Below, in pieces: positions 14,300 to 27,380 of a DNA stretch of 64,000 bases. Position numbers and translations under genes: made by a program. The first letter of the stretch is position 1. Every line of letters begins with the position of its first letter. Below the pieces are notes generated by a model that was not told the DNA's origin, did no database searches, and worked only from the letters and a program-made list of their open reading frames with translations. The stretch comes from Nageia nagi (lineage: Eukaryota; Plantae; Pinophyta), in contig JBITNC010000001.1 of NCBI GenBank assembly GCA_050084985.1, positions 4,278,001 through 4,342,000 on the forward strand, read 5' to 3'.

Positions 14300-15560
14300 T
14301 AATTAAGAAATCATTTGTTTAGCACAAAGGTGGGTTCAGAATTTTTGATTTGATGTAGAGTTAATTGCTTTCCATTTGCTTTATCATGTTCAGTAAGTTT
14401 CTCTCTAATCTCTCCTTGGGATGGTCTCCCTACATGTCTTTGTCCAACGTTTGATATTTTTCTAGAGTTTAGTATATTTATTAATGGAATTCCATCTTAG
14501 CCTTATTCTTATTATGTTGTTGTTGCTTGAATATCTACATTCCTCACTTTTTTGTCACCATCCTTATTGTTTATCCATCTTCTTCTTCCACAACTTCCAT
14601 ATTTTTCATCTCATCTTTTGAAAAATATATATTATAATTTATTTTTTCTTTTTCTATTCCCTCTAAAATTAATATCATTACATAAGGATTTATTGTGGTT
14701 GATTTCTTCCATTGGACTTCTTTTGAAGTTGACTACTTTTCTGACATGGTTCATTTTGTCTATGTTTTAGCTGTATTATTATGATTTTTTCCTATTTTTT
14801 TTATTTTTGAACTGATTTCCATTTGTGTTCTTTTTGTTTATCTTTATAATTCTTTTCATTTTTTTCCTTTTTCTCTCTTTTCTTCATCCCTCCTCTTCTT
14901 TTATGGGCAATCCTTTTCATGGTTATCATAACTCTTACAAATTCCACATTGTACTGGAAGATTTTCATATACAATTGGTTCCATCCATTCCCTTCCATCC
15001 TCTATTTTTAATTTTAGCTCCTTCATCATAGGATTGGAAATATCTAAATTAACCATAAATATTACATCTATAAACTTAAATTTTAATCTTGTTAATCACT
15101 CAATTATGATAAGGAATCCAATTATTTTTGCAATTTTGGATATTACACATGGGTGACAACAAGATGGGTGAAGTTTGGGTAGTGAGACCCATGTTGTAAT
15201 GAGGTTAAAATTTTCCCTTTTAGGGGAGAAATTTTTCTTCCATCTCTTATTGACTAATTCTTTCTTCCCAAGAAACCATGGACCCATCTCTATCACTTTT
15301 TGTAGTTTTTCATCAAACTAAAGCTTGAATAGCAAAATTTTTCTTGCAAGAGCAAATAGGGATACCCATCCTTTTTTACTCCATATTTATTTCATCCAAT
15401 TTCAAATCATATCTAGAGGGGTTAATACCCCCATAAAGTGACCAACAAGGGCTGATTTTAGCACATCCTATTCCTTGTTTATTATATTTTTCATAATCAA
15501 AATACTAACCTCATCATTAGAGAATCAACACGCTTTACCATTCCCTAGGGGGATTTGGAT
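14300..15560 (-). pseudogene. L1 LINE ORF1 (DUF4283 + zf-CCHC) remnant
   Basis: ORF 15096-15296 'MGPWFLGKKELVNKRWKKNFSPKRENFNLITTWVSLPKL'. Downstream: 'QPIVYENLPVQCGICKSYDNHEKDCP' (~14985-14905). Confidence 0.8.
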
Positions 15561-16599
15561 TAGATCACAATCTTGATTTATTAATCACATTTTGAATATC
15601 ATTTGACTACATTTTAGTAAGATTATATCTTTTCTAAGCTATAATTTTCTTAATACCAACCTATTGTGCTTCTAAAATAATTTTCCCACACTTCTGCTAC
15701 TCCACACTCACCCTCCTGTTATGCCATGCTCATGCTTTTGTTATATTTCATTTTCAATCCCTAGTGTTTTCTCCATTCTAAATTGTTGTTGTATTTATAT
15801 ATAGATTGGTATTTCTTAGAGGATCAAGAGTAAGTAATTTGTTGGTGACATTACCAATAAGCCTTATTCCTTATAAAATTTAATTTAGTTTTAAATTTTG
15901 TAAGTTTTTTTTCTAAATATTAAAATTTTATTTTTTCAATGTTTGAATTAGAAATTAGAAGTTAAAAATTGAAAAATTTTGATTTAAAATTTTAAATAAT
16001 ATTTTATTGAGTGTTTTTTATAAGAATCTCTTGTCTTTATATGAAGTAATTTGCATCATGGGATTTATTTATTTTCTTTAAACAAAATAATTCTAGAGTT
16101 TGAATTTTATTTATACTAATAGTATATATATGTCTATAACCTCATGGTTATGAAATGCTAGTAGTCTATATATCTCTAAATATCTAAGCTAGTAGTATAT
16201 ATGCAATCAAGTATTCTTGATTGATCAAATAGAAAACTAAGAATCATAAGTCAATACCATTTTTATAACATATAGCAATAAGTCTATTGAATATATTAAA
16301 ATTATTCTAATAAATTGCATACATAAAAGTAATGACAAATTAGACTTGTGGTACTAACTTGAAAATGTTTAAAAAAATGAGACATATTGGAAAGATGATG
16401 TAATATAGCATTGATATCTATTACTATTTAAAAAAATTAACTTATCTATTGTTTTAATAAATTTACTAAAGCATTTTAAAAAATTAATATACAACTTTAT
16501 TTGCATGATATTCTATTCAAATCAATGTTATATATATTGTATAATATATGATCACATTATATGATGGAATAAAAATTGATTTTAACTATATATTTTCTA

Positions 16600-18792
16600 A
16601 GAATATATTCAAGTGTAATATCTCAATTAGGTTGACCAAAAAAGATGGAAAACATGTAAATATTACTCAATCATTTAAAGGAAAATTGCATAGTGAGAAG
16701 CCATATTCATTTGAGATTGATGATGAAACATGTATAGAATAAGTGGAACTTGGGGAGGATGATAATAAAACTATTGATGGTGTTTCTTTACCAAATAAAC
16801 CCAAAATATCAACTTACAAGAGAACATGGAAACTTGAATAGAAGATGAGACATAAATGGGGAATATCCTATCACAAATGATGTTGGGGAGTTACAAATCA
16901 AATGTGAATTTTTTTCAAAATTCAATAAGGACACTCCATTTGCAAAAGTTGGAAGTAGTACAATTAAATTAGTAGCATTGTATAGTCATGCTAATTTAGA
17001 GCCTCAAAAAAATTCACAATAGCAATGGGAAGCACATAAAAAACCAAGTACCATACCTATTTCAAAGCATGTGGAAACCATGCTTGACTCTAAAAACATT
17101 AGAATCATATTAGTTATAGAAATTATGTATTTTATGGCTATCAATAATTTATCATTAGAGTGTGATAAGAGTGTGATCTACATAGATATAAATGCACTCC
17201 CAGTATGCCATCAATAAATTAATATTATTCTTACACAAATGTTGCATCTGGAAAAGAGTTTTTAAAAGCTTTAAAAATTATATATTGGTACAAACTTAAA
17301 GAATAAATCCATGATAGTCTATTTTATTTTGTAATGGTTGGAAAGCACTGATATTTGCATTGAGCTAAATCTCCTTATTTATATCATATACATTTTAAAT
17401 AAGGGAAAAGGATTAGCAACAAAAAAGTTTATCCACCTTCTTAAATTAAAGGATCATACATGATAATCTATATATGATGTTATATCAACCTTATTAATTA
17501 GAGATAAATTTGCCAAAGTAAAAAATGGTTGGTTTTGGTTTAGATTGGGCAACATGTATGAGACATGTTTGAGAAGGGTTACCAACTAATCTATCTTGTG
17601 AAATACCATATTTGATAGAAATTCATTATGTAGCACATAGAGAGGCTTTGGTAGCTACAAAAGCTACAAATCATTTTCCAAAATTTATTTTGCTGAAAAA
17701 TTTGCTAGTAAAACTTATTTGTGGGTTGGAAAATCAACAAAAAGGCATACAAAATTGAAAGGATTGATGGAATCATTTACGATAGGTAGATTAGAAGTTA
17801 TCTAAATACATCATATATGTTGGCTATATAGATTTTAAGTAATGGAAAGGATGGTTAAAATTATGCTAGCGTTATTAAAGGAGTGGAAAATTGAAGACCC
17901 AAATTTGTATGGTAATAGAAAGGACAGTTCAATTGTGTGTTCATTTGCTTGCAAATGTATTGGTTGAGTTAAATAAAGTAAATAAAAAAATTAAAGAGGA
18001 TAATATGGATATAACCTCTATTAGAACTCACATATATGTGGTCATTGACATCTTACGAAGATGATTATTAAGGAATCATTTTAGTGTAGGTGCTCAACAC
18101 ATATCTTTTTTCTTAAGCAGGTACTTGAATTTTTAGATGATATAAGTACACATCATGTACACATACTTAGAGTTGAATCATTACCAAAATACATTAGCAT
18201 TTGGAGCTTTAGAGAATTGTATTGCATTGGGGAGGGCATTTTTTGAAGGAATTATAAATAACCTCAATGAAAGATTTATGGATTTGCCTATATTTAATGC
18301 AACAAAACTATTTATCCCTAAAGATTATTATGAAGAAGGATATGATAGGGAAATTCAAATAAATATATGTATGACTTTCTTGTGTGAGAAATTTCATATC
18401 CAAGATCTATCAAATATTGTAAACATTGAAAAATTTGCAACATAAGTGGAAAGGTTCTCACTCACTCTATTTAAGGCTTATCCAAAAAATAGTATGATGC
18501 AGATATTGGAATAATGTGGTCCAAAGATGGAGTGGATTAAAGCATATCCAAACTTAATGCAATTATGGAAAGCCCTCATTATTCTTCTTGCTAGTACTAC
18601 AATTTGTGAAAGTGGATTTTCAAAAATGAATAGGATAATAGATGATGAGAGGTATAGGATTTCCTTAGATACTCTAGATACTTTGACATTTTTAACTTTG
18701 AGTGCACCTCATGCATTAGATAAAATTGAATGGGATGTAATTTATGAAACATAGAAAGAAATGAAAATTTGAAGGGATATTCCATTAGAATA
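16600..18792 (+). pseudogene. hAT-superfamily transposase (ZNF862-like), decayed
   Basis: N-terminal 'RTWKLE*KMRHKW..IKCEF', catalytic 'YFVMV(D)ESTD' at ~17325-17352, 'IHYVAHREAL' at ~17620-17650 (CxxH), and the C-terminal dimerisation motif 'YPNLMQLWKALIILLASTTICESGFSKMNRI' (ORF 18527-18754). TIRs not identified. Confidence 0.85.
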
Positions 18793-21297
18793 AAACTGGA
18801 TTATTTTCATTTTGAGATGGAGCTTCTTTTACCCCTTGTTGAGAACATGTGAGGCTTAGAACTATCAAAAGCTAATCTCAAATCAAGTTTACAGACTTTT
18901 ATCAATCATTTTATTTTATATATTTTGTTCTATACAAGAAAAAAATTTGGTACAATGTAATTATATTTATATCATGTTATGAACATCTCCACAAAGATAG
19001 CAACTCATGTTTTGGGTTCTATTGCAAGTATTTTGATCTTATGATATTCCATATGTTTTGGGTTATGTTGTAGCCCTCTTTCATTGTATTTAATATAATA
19101 TAATTTTATGCTTAAATATTTCTTGGAAAATAATGCATAGTTTTATGAAGTAATTGAATATTTGATGTTGTGTTTCATTCATAACTCAAAAATTTGGTTG
19201 AGGTTTCTATCATATAAGAAACAAATTTTTTGCAACACTTATTATAATAAGTAGTTTTATTTTAATACATATACCTTTTTCTCAAATAAGCCATGGAAAT
19301 TTATAAATCCTATTTTATAAAGAAGAAATTAAATTTATGGTTATTATTTATTATTATTTCTACATTAGAATTTGATAGAAATGTAGAAGAATTGTTATAC
19401 AATAATAATCCCTACCAATCTACTTGGAAATAATTAGAAGATGAATTTTTAGAATTATAATAATAATAATAATTATTTATATTCTAAAACATTTGTATTT
19501 TGTAAACATTTTACTTATTCATGATAGTAATTAGGGGATTGGTCTTTCTCCATCATCTAATTTGAAATAAGTAAAATTTTCTTTAATATGAATTTCAATA
19601 TTAAAATAATAAATACAAATAATTTACCATAAATTTTCTTGCAACTCAAATGTATATACTATGATAGTATATCATAGGCACTTAGATGTTATGTGGTATC
19701 TATGTAATGGTAATACAAAAATTAAACTTTATTAGAACCAATATAATTACAAATACAAAGTGATGTATGCATTTATATATACTATTATCTTTTGGTAATT
19801 CAATTTTCAGTTATTATTTTTCGTGAATTTCACATGTTTCACATTTTGTAGGTTATGAAGTAAAAAATTCTTCCATGAGTAAAATGGTTTGGTTCTTAAA
19901 ACTACATTTATTGCAATACGATTCTTATACTTTATTGAGTTCTTATTTTTTACTTATTGGTCATATATGATTTACAACATGGCTTAGAATTTGTAGTAGA
20001 CTATATGATTACTAATTGGACATTAGTTGATTTGTAACAATTGGCTAAGTATATAATTTTTGTAATAGATATTATTAGGTATTGTTTTCTATATTATGGT
20101 GCCTTTTACATGTAAGAAGTTGTTTACAATCTTACATTTACATAGAGAGCCAATAATATTTAATAATAACATTGGGGTTTTACATAAAAAATGAAAAAGA
20201 AACATGGTGTGACCCTAAATGATTCAAATCCTTGACAATGATTCCTTCAAGACACATTAATTCATGGGATTAAATAACAAGTTCTGCTTCAAATACTAGT
20301 CTAATAAGTGGAGTACAATTAGTTGCATTTGTGAATTCAACATGTACACCTATCAACATGATAATATTGAGGAAACAAATTGGGTAAAAATTTTAAACAC
20401 CTTCTCATTTTAAACACTAATGTTGATTGAGATCTTATTTTTGGTCACCAAAGTACATTTTGTTGGAGTTGTTATAAGCTTCATAGTACTATATTTGCAA
20501 GTTCAATTGTATTGTTAAAATTAATTATATCAAACAAGAAAGTTACTGAATGCTAAAATTTTATGGCTACAATTTGAATAAATGTAATTTTTTTTAGAAT
20601 TTTTATGATATTATCTATCTTTATTATTTATAATTTATAATTTTTCTATCTACCTATTATTTCTACAATTTAAAACTTTGTAGTTACAATCTAAATAAAT
20701 ATAATTGTTAAGTATGATTAATATATATGTAGTTTATTGGACATACATTTAAAAAAATAATAAAATACGAAAGACTAAAATTTTAGAATCCTTTAAAAAT
20801 AAATTTAACCTAGCCCTGCAAATTTGATCCCTACCTCTAACCCATGTTGAATCACAAAGAAGGAATTACTAGTGTCTATTGGTGAGCTTTCCTATAGAGT
20901 ACCCCAAACTGGTATCAATTCAGGCATAATCTAGGTCAACTAAGTAAGCTACCAAACTTGTTGTAGTTAGGAAACTCTTAATGTAAGATGGCCATGAAGC
21001 TTTTGATAATTGCCAACTAAATGAAAATCATAAATACTACCTCTATAGTTTTAAGTGCAAAAATTCTTTATCAAGCATAGATATTATGGATTATGAGCTT
21101 AAACCACCTAAAACAACCAACTAAGGCAATCTCACCATCATAGTTGGGATTTTAATTCTTGTTCTTGAATTTTCTCTATGTTTTAGTTTAGCACACTAGT
21201 TGATCTAGTATAAAAATATTTTATAAATAGGTTTTGGGAGCCTATATAAAAACCCCCTTTTTACCAATTAACTAAAAAAAAACTAGGTGGGTACTTG

Positions 21298-21703
21298 ATA
21301 GTTTTTCATTTTGAGTAATAGATATGGATATTTTTATGGTTGCCTCAAATTACCCCTTTAACGAATCAATTTTTTGTAGAGGATATATATTTCACTCTAG
21401 ACCTCCTTTTATTATAATTAATTCTTTGTTGGATATGTGAATTCAATTATTTTTCAACCATATATAATATGCCATACTTTATTTATGGATCACACTCAAA
21501 AACCACAATATCCTAACTTGCACTTTTGTAGTCTTACTTAGTAAGCTTTATGGAGTCTTTTACTTCCAACTTATTTTTTATTTGTAAAATATTCTCTAAA
21601 TATACTCAACCTTTTACAATTGAATATAACATTTTATTATAATTCCAATGGTATATAAAACTCCTATATTTCATTAAGAAATAATCAAGTTATATCCCTT
21701 TGA
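21298..21703 (+). repeat. Dispersed non-coding repeat, copy of ~60597-61003
   Basis: Shared blocks such as TTTCATTTTGAGTAATAGAT and GATCACACTCAAAAACCACAATATCCTAACTTGCACTTTTGTAGTCTT. Confidence 0.85.
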
Positions 21704-22146
21704 AGTGGTTTAAACCCAACCTTTATCTCTATCTCAACCTCAAGATTACATGCTTGATCTCTATCCCATTCTTGAGAACAAAGTTTCTAATGCTAGAAAC
21801 TCAAAAACCATAGGCATTGGATAAATTTTACCTCTCTTAAGCTAGGAAAGGTAGATTTAACCTAGGTGTCTTGTATAAGGCCCAAAATGCTCTATTTATG
21901 ACCCAAAAACTTCAAATTGAGATTATCATAGATTCATAGCTCCATTTGACATGTGTAAATAATCATTGGAAAGGTATTCTTAATCTCTTTCAAAATATAT
22001 TTGAAAATCAATATTCAATATAATATTATTTTATTTTATATCCTCTAAAAGTCTTGGGTATCGTATCATATCTGGATCACTACATTGGGCTTACGCATCT
22101 TAAAATCTTCAATTGGTATTAGAAAAAGTCTTTCTATTAGGTTTAA

Positions 22147-24070
22147 ATGGATCAAAAAAATAAAAACACAACTAATTAAATATTCTTATATTTAATAGTG
22201 AATAATTCAAATATTGGAGTATTCAAATGAGAACATTTCTCATCTCACAAGACTTATGGACTCTTGTTTCATAGGGATACACAAAAGTAGATGCAAAAAA
22301 CTTTGCACTACTATTAGTAGATCAGAAAAAGGATATTTTGAAGATCATTAAAATGATTCCAACTCCCTATTCACCATAAAAAGTTGGATAAATATGTTTA
22401 TCTTCCTTAAGATTATAGAATACAAATTTTGAAGAAAGCATGGGAGAGTCTTGAAACTGCCTACAAGGGATCTTCCAAGGTAAGAGTAGTTAAGATTCAA
22501 CTTTTACATAGGGATTTTGAATCCTTAAAGATGAATGAAGATGATACCATTAAGATCTTCATAACTAGAGTTTAAATTTTAGTAAATGATATTCATTCAC
22601 ATGGTGAGGCACTATATGATATTAAGATCATGGAGAAGGTGTTGAGAAACCTTCTAAGAAAGTTTTATCCTATCATAATTTCCATTGAGGAGTCTAAGGA
22701 ATTATCTCATCTCACTCTAGTTGAGTTTCTTGAAATACTACAAACCTATGAGCATAGAATAAAATACATATATGAAAATATTGATCAAGCATTCCAAGGT
22801 AAACTCAAATTTAGTGACCAACCATCTACATCCTCTAGTTCAAAAGCTAGATCTCTACTAAGTCATGGAAGATCAAGTCATGGTAGAGGCCATGAAATAG
22901 GTAATCTTGGTAGAGAAAGAGGTCAATCAGTTAACAAAAGCTATATCTCTACCAATAAGCATTATGATTTTTATGGAAAATATGGTCACATAAAATAACA
23001 ATGATACATAAAACAAAAATGAAAAGCCAAATATAGTGAAGAGAAAGATATACAAATCTCTTCCTTCAATAAATTTAAAGTTATTAATGATCAAATCTAG
23101 TATCTTGATGGTATATATTCAAATTATATGCCTAGGAACAAGAACTTATTTGTTAAACTTGAATAAAATGTTAGTTGATAAATCAAGTTTGATGACAACA
23201 ATTAGGAAAATATTGCCAAAAATAATTCTATTTCTTTCAAAGAAAAGATTGGTAAGATTATGCATGTGCATGATAATTTATATGTTCCCAAGATGAAGCA
23301 TAATATCTTGATCTTTGGTAAGTTATGGTTAAATAATTACATGGTAGTCTTTAAGAAGAATAATTTCATAATTACAAATGAGATCAATCTCCAAGTACTT
23401 TCCATTATTATCATGTCTAAGAATAGAATGTATAAATTGAAAATGCAACTAGTTGGTGTTATATGCTTAAATATGATAATTGATCTTGCTTGGTTGTAGC
23501 ATAAGATGTTTGGAAACCTCAAATTCAACTCAAGATTGCACAAGCCTTTGACTTTGTGTGAGATTTGTATATTTGGGAAACAACATAAAGAGAAATTCCC
23601 CATCACCAACATAGAGCCTAGAAGCCTTTGAAGTTGGTGCATATTGACTTATGTGAATATATATAAACTCCAAGCATGGACAACTGCAAGTATATGCTTA
23701 TTTTTATTGATGATCATTCCATAATAAGTTAGTTATATTTGTTGTAGGAAAAATCAAATGCTATTGATTATTTTATCAAATTCAAATCATTTGGAGAGAA
23801 GCATCTTGACTACAACATCAATTTTTTTTGGATAAACAATGATGGTGAATTCATTTTGAATGAATTCAAAGACTTTTTCAATAAGCATGGGATTAAGTGA
23901 AAGTACACAATAGCATAAATTCCCTAGAAAAATAGAGTGATAAAGAGGAAGAACTAGACAATTATTAAGATGGCCTAGTGCATGTCTAAAGATGGTCATG
24001 AATAACAAACTATGGCTTGAAGTTGTCCATACAACTATTTATATTTTTAATCTCTTCCCAACAAAAATAA
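22147..24070 (+). pseudogene. Copia gag, protease, GAG-pre-integrase and integrase remnant
   Basis: 'WSIQMRTFLISQDLW' (DUF4219), ORF 22630-22998 (UBN2), 'NLYVPKMKHNIL', 'CEICIFGKQH' and 'FIDDHS'. Confidence 0.9.
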
Positions 24071-25201
24071 TGTAAGATTAAGTAAAACTTTTGGTGTTTA
24101 GGTGTTAGAAAATATTTTAATATTTTATATTTTGTAAATGAATAAATTCACATGTCTCAAATGTGTGGAAAGTAGTTTTAGTATTTTTTAGAAGTTTCAT
24201 TCAGTGTTTTTCCTAGCAACTAATTATTAGCTCTTACAAGTGAAAATTAGGATTTTAACATTTTGAAATTAGCTAATATTTGGACCCTCAAAAGAGGGAC
24301 CATTTGCCCTAAAATTATAGGTGGATATTAATTTTATGTATCAAATCGCCAAAAACTTAATCTCATTTTGAAATTTTAATTATGATTCATCTCTATAGTC
24401 AACCTTTACTTTCATAGCTATTTGCCTCTAAATTATAAAAATATTTATAAATACCACCAATTTTGCCTCAACTTGAATTACATATGTAAAATATTAAAAA
24501 TTTCAAATTAAGAAAATTAAATATTATTAATGTCTATGAATGCATAGAAACTTTTGACATAGTCATAACTTTTCTACATCACAATTAATATGACCAATAT
24601 TCACTTTTCCTTTCATATCTTTTATTTTTAAGGCTATATTTTGAAACTAACAATAAATTCATTTTGCCTTGATTTTCAAATCATTTTTAAGATTTCATAT
24701 AAATTTGCCTTTTACTCTACATGTAAATTTTTAAATAATGATGCTTTCGCCATGGTTACTATATGACTTTGGATCATTTTTGCCAAATTTTGAAATCGAT
24801 TTGCCTTGATTTCTCCAAGTTTTTTTAGACTGACCTTTAGGAATAACCTTTGTTTCATTTAGGAGGTTTCTATTCAATTTTCCAATACAAGTTTAAATTA
24901 GAGTTTATGTTGTAGTGTGAAAGAGGATGGAGTAGAGTGAACAATGGAGCATGATTTGTATTGGATCTATGAGAGATCCATACCTATTACACCATAAGTG
25001 TTTCAATAAAACCAGGTTGTGATGTATCTCTTCATTTAGTTGTAGAATAAAGCTTCCTTTAGATCCATTCTCATGCTTTTGAAGATTTGTAAATGTATCC
25101 ATTTCTGAAATGATGATTTATGGTGAATGTGTTTAATTGCATTATGATTGTATAGTAATCTGTGAGATTGCTCCTATTTTATATTTAATCATAATACTTC
25201 A
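24071..25201 (+). repeat. 5' LTR (contains a 650-bp insertion)
   Basis: 24071-24201 plus 24860-25201 are colinear with 28987-29449. Confidence 0.9.
24202..24851. mobile_element. Non-autonomous hAT-like DNA element (MITE)
   Basis: Absent from the sister LTR. Exact 8-bp TSD GTTTCATT (24194-24201 and 24852-24859). Imperfect TIRs CAGTGTTTTTCCTA / TAGGAATAACCTTT (10/14 match). Recurrent TTTGCC motifs inside. Confidence 0.75.
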
Positions 25202-25379
25202 TTTTAGTATCACAGCAAGAAGGATCCATTGTTAGGTTTAACAACCTACGGATGTTTGTAGAAATTAGGAGATCTCTATTGAAAAGACAATATCTCCCTG
25301 AGGGCAGCACACTACTTTGAATCATCTTATTAAGTAAAGAACTGTTGAGTATGGTGTAATTTCTTTGAATCATCTCTGA

Positions 25380-25404
25380 TTTTTTTTTTTTTTTTTTTTT
25401 TTTT
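25380..25404 (+). repeat. Poly(T)25 tract
   Basis: Uninterrupted run of 25 T. Confidence 0.95.
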
Positions 25405-25884
25405 ATGATAGATGCCAACCATTTTATGGCTGAATGAAGTGTATTCATGAGCCACATGCTGCAAACTGAATCTATGAGGTTCAATCATGCTGCAATGAAA
25501 GGAGGATGCATTTGAATAAATATGCTGCAGAGATTTTAGTGCCCAAGAGTCAATCATAGAACAGATAGGAGAATACATGCATAGGATGACTCTAAGGAGG
25601 GACCGTTACGTATTTTCAAAGAACGCACAACAGGAGAAAAGACCCAGTGCGCAGAAGTGAAAGGTGAATGCCTAGTGCTGGTCGAGTGGTGATAAGCCTG
25701 ATAATTGTTGGTATTGTGGTATCCAACACCCTGAAGACTTATAGGTGGATGAAGCTTCGAAAAGGAGAGACATTGTCTAGTTAGATAAAGGCAAACACTT
25801 CTACCAGCATAGTGAAATGTGGCGATTCCATTGGTAACGTCTCCTCCTAAAATAGTTACTAGTGTTGTGAAGAACGTTAAATAT

Positions 25885-26000
25885 GCAAAGGTCCCCACTT
25901 CAGTGTATGCGCTGAGAGTGCTGGGAAATATAAATTGATCTGGTTTGACTACTGTGCGCACTATTCATTGCATTTGGTAAAATAGTATCAACGCTATCCA
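25885..26000 (-). pseudogene. PLS-class pentatricopeptide-repeat gene fragment
   Basis: Reads 'ALILFYQMQ*IVRTVVKPDQFIFPSTLSAYTEVG', matching the PPR consensus AL.LF.QM....VKPD.FTF.S.L.AC. Confidence 0.7.
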
Positions 26001-26097
26001 GGAAAGGACAGAGGGCGAGTAGCATGAAGAAGGTACACGTTGAGTTTCATTGAATCCAATGATCACATACTGTGTATAAAACGAACTCGTTGAAGTA

Positions 26098-26166
26098 GCC
26101 CAAGAATTATTTGACGAGAAGCATGACGCAAATGCAGTTTAATGGATTGCAAAGATTGCAGGCTAT
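26098..26166 (+). pseudogene. PLS-class PPR gene fragment
   Basis: Reads 'AQELFDEKHDANAV*WIAKIAGY', matching the PPR consensus AR.LFD.M...DVVSW.AMIAGY. Confidence 0.75.
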
Positions 26167-27069
26167 GAAGACTCTGTAAGATTATTTATGATGAATTTGT
26201 TGGAGACACCATGACTTGTTTGATAAAACATGTAACTTATTTGACAAAAAACACCTCTTTGCATCAATACTGAAAGAATGTGTGGCATCCATTAGAGTAG
26301 TCGGTAATGGTTTTGTAGCAAACATTATGGTTTTGATGCCTTGAAGATGTGTTCACAAAATGTTGAATCGTAGTGAATACTTTTGGATGGTTTTTTATCG
26401 AATATTATGATTGTGAATGTCGTATATCGTTGTGGATAATTACTGAAGTTTGTGGTAGTCTTCTATGGAGATTGATAAGTGCAGCACCCAAAAATCTAAA
26501 TTGAATGTGTAAGTATGATTGCTTGGCACGTGGAGTTTGGGTGCAACATAGGTGAGACACGCGTCTGCTATTATGTGAGCCCAATTTTATTTGATAAAAT
26601 GAACTACAGAGAAGGCACAATGAACTACAGAGAAGGCACAAGATTGTGTGGATAGACTGCAATCATCGAAGGATCCGCATACAGGGGTGCGGGAAAGTAT
26701 CGATACCACACCCACTCAAATTTGCCATTACTGTTATTGTGAAAACTTCTTCAGTTTGCAAAAAACTTTTAAAAGAGAAGTGTCATTTAGTAATCTAGCC
26801 AGCAATCTCTAAAAGAGAGAGAGAGTGGATTTGATGATTGAAAAGCATGTAGAAGTATGCAAACTTTACTACATGTTATTTGTAAGTTGATTGAACTTGA
26901 TAAAAGATTCAACATCCAGAGTTTTTGAGTTAATTATTTTTTTAGTTTGGTGATTAGATTTGGAAGTTTGCTCGGTTAGAAGAAACCTTTGGAATCTTGT
27001 AAGAGTAATTGATTAAATTACTTGCTTTCATGGTTGATTACTAATGATTTTATTGTTGCTCTAGTTGTA

Positions 27070-27380
27070 ATGGCCAACAACATTGATCTAGTAGATTCAA
27101 AATTTGAAGGAGAGGATTTCCAGTTTTGGAAAATAAAGATGGAAACTTGGTTAATGGGCATGGATCTTTGGGATATTGTGGAACAAGGTTATACAAAACC
27201 TAAGGATTGGAGTAGCCTTGAAGGTGAAAAGAGAAGTTTGAAGGAGGAACAACACACAAATTGTTTGACACTCATGGCATTGTGAAGATGTATAAAACAA
27301 AATGTTTTCCATCTTATTAAGCATTGTAGATCAGCATTTGATATTTGAAAAATGTTGAATGAAAAATTTGATAATGTTGA
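27070..27380 (+). pseudogene. Copia-type gag N-terminus (DUF4219-like)
   Basis: 'MANNIDLVDSKFEGEDFQFWKIKMETWLMGMDLWDIVEQGY'. It is followed by acidic, low-complexity decayed coding sequence to ~28900. Confidence 0.8.

Noticed and set aside
20800-22111. Defined 5' LTR for the + strand Copia
   Set aside because: The 3' end at 22111 is plausible, but no start, matching 3' LTR or TSD could be established.
25185-25578. ORFs with poly-Lys
   Set aside because: Translation of the T25 tract; no domain evidence.
25885-26166. Functional host PPR gene
   Set aside because: The fragments are short, on opposite strands, contain stops and lie inside an LTR element.
26599-26641. 21-bp exact tandem duplication TGAACTACAGAGAAGGCACAA
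   Set aside because: Real, and its length is siRNA-like, but two copies alone cannot be distinguished from a simple duplication.
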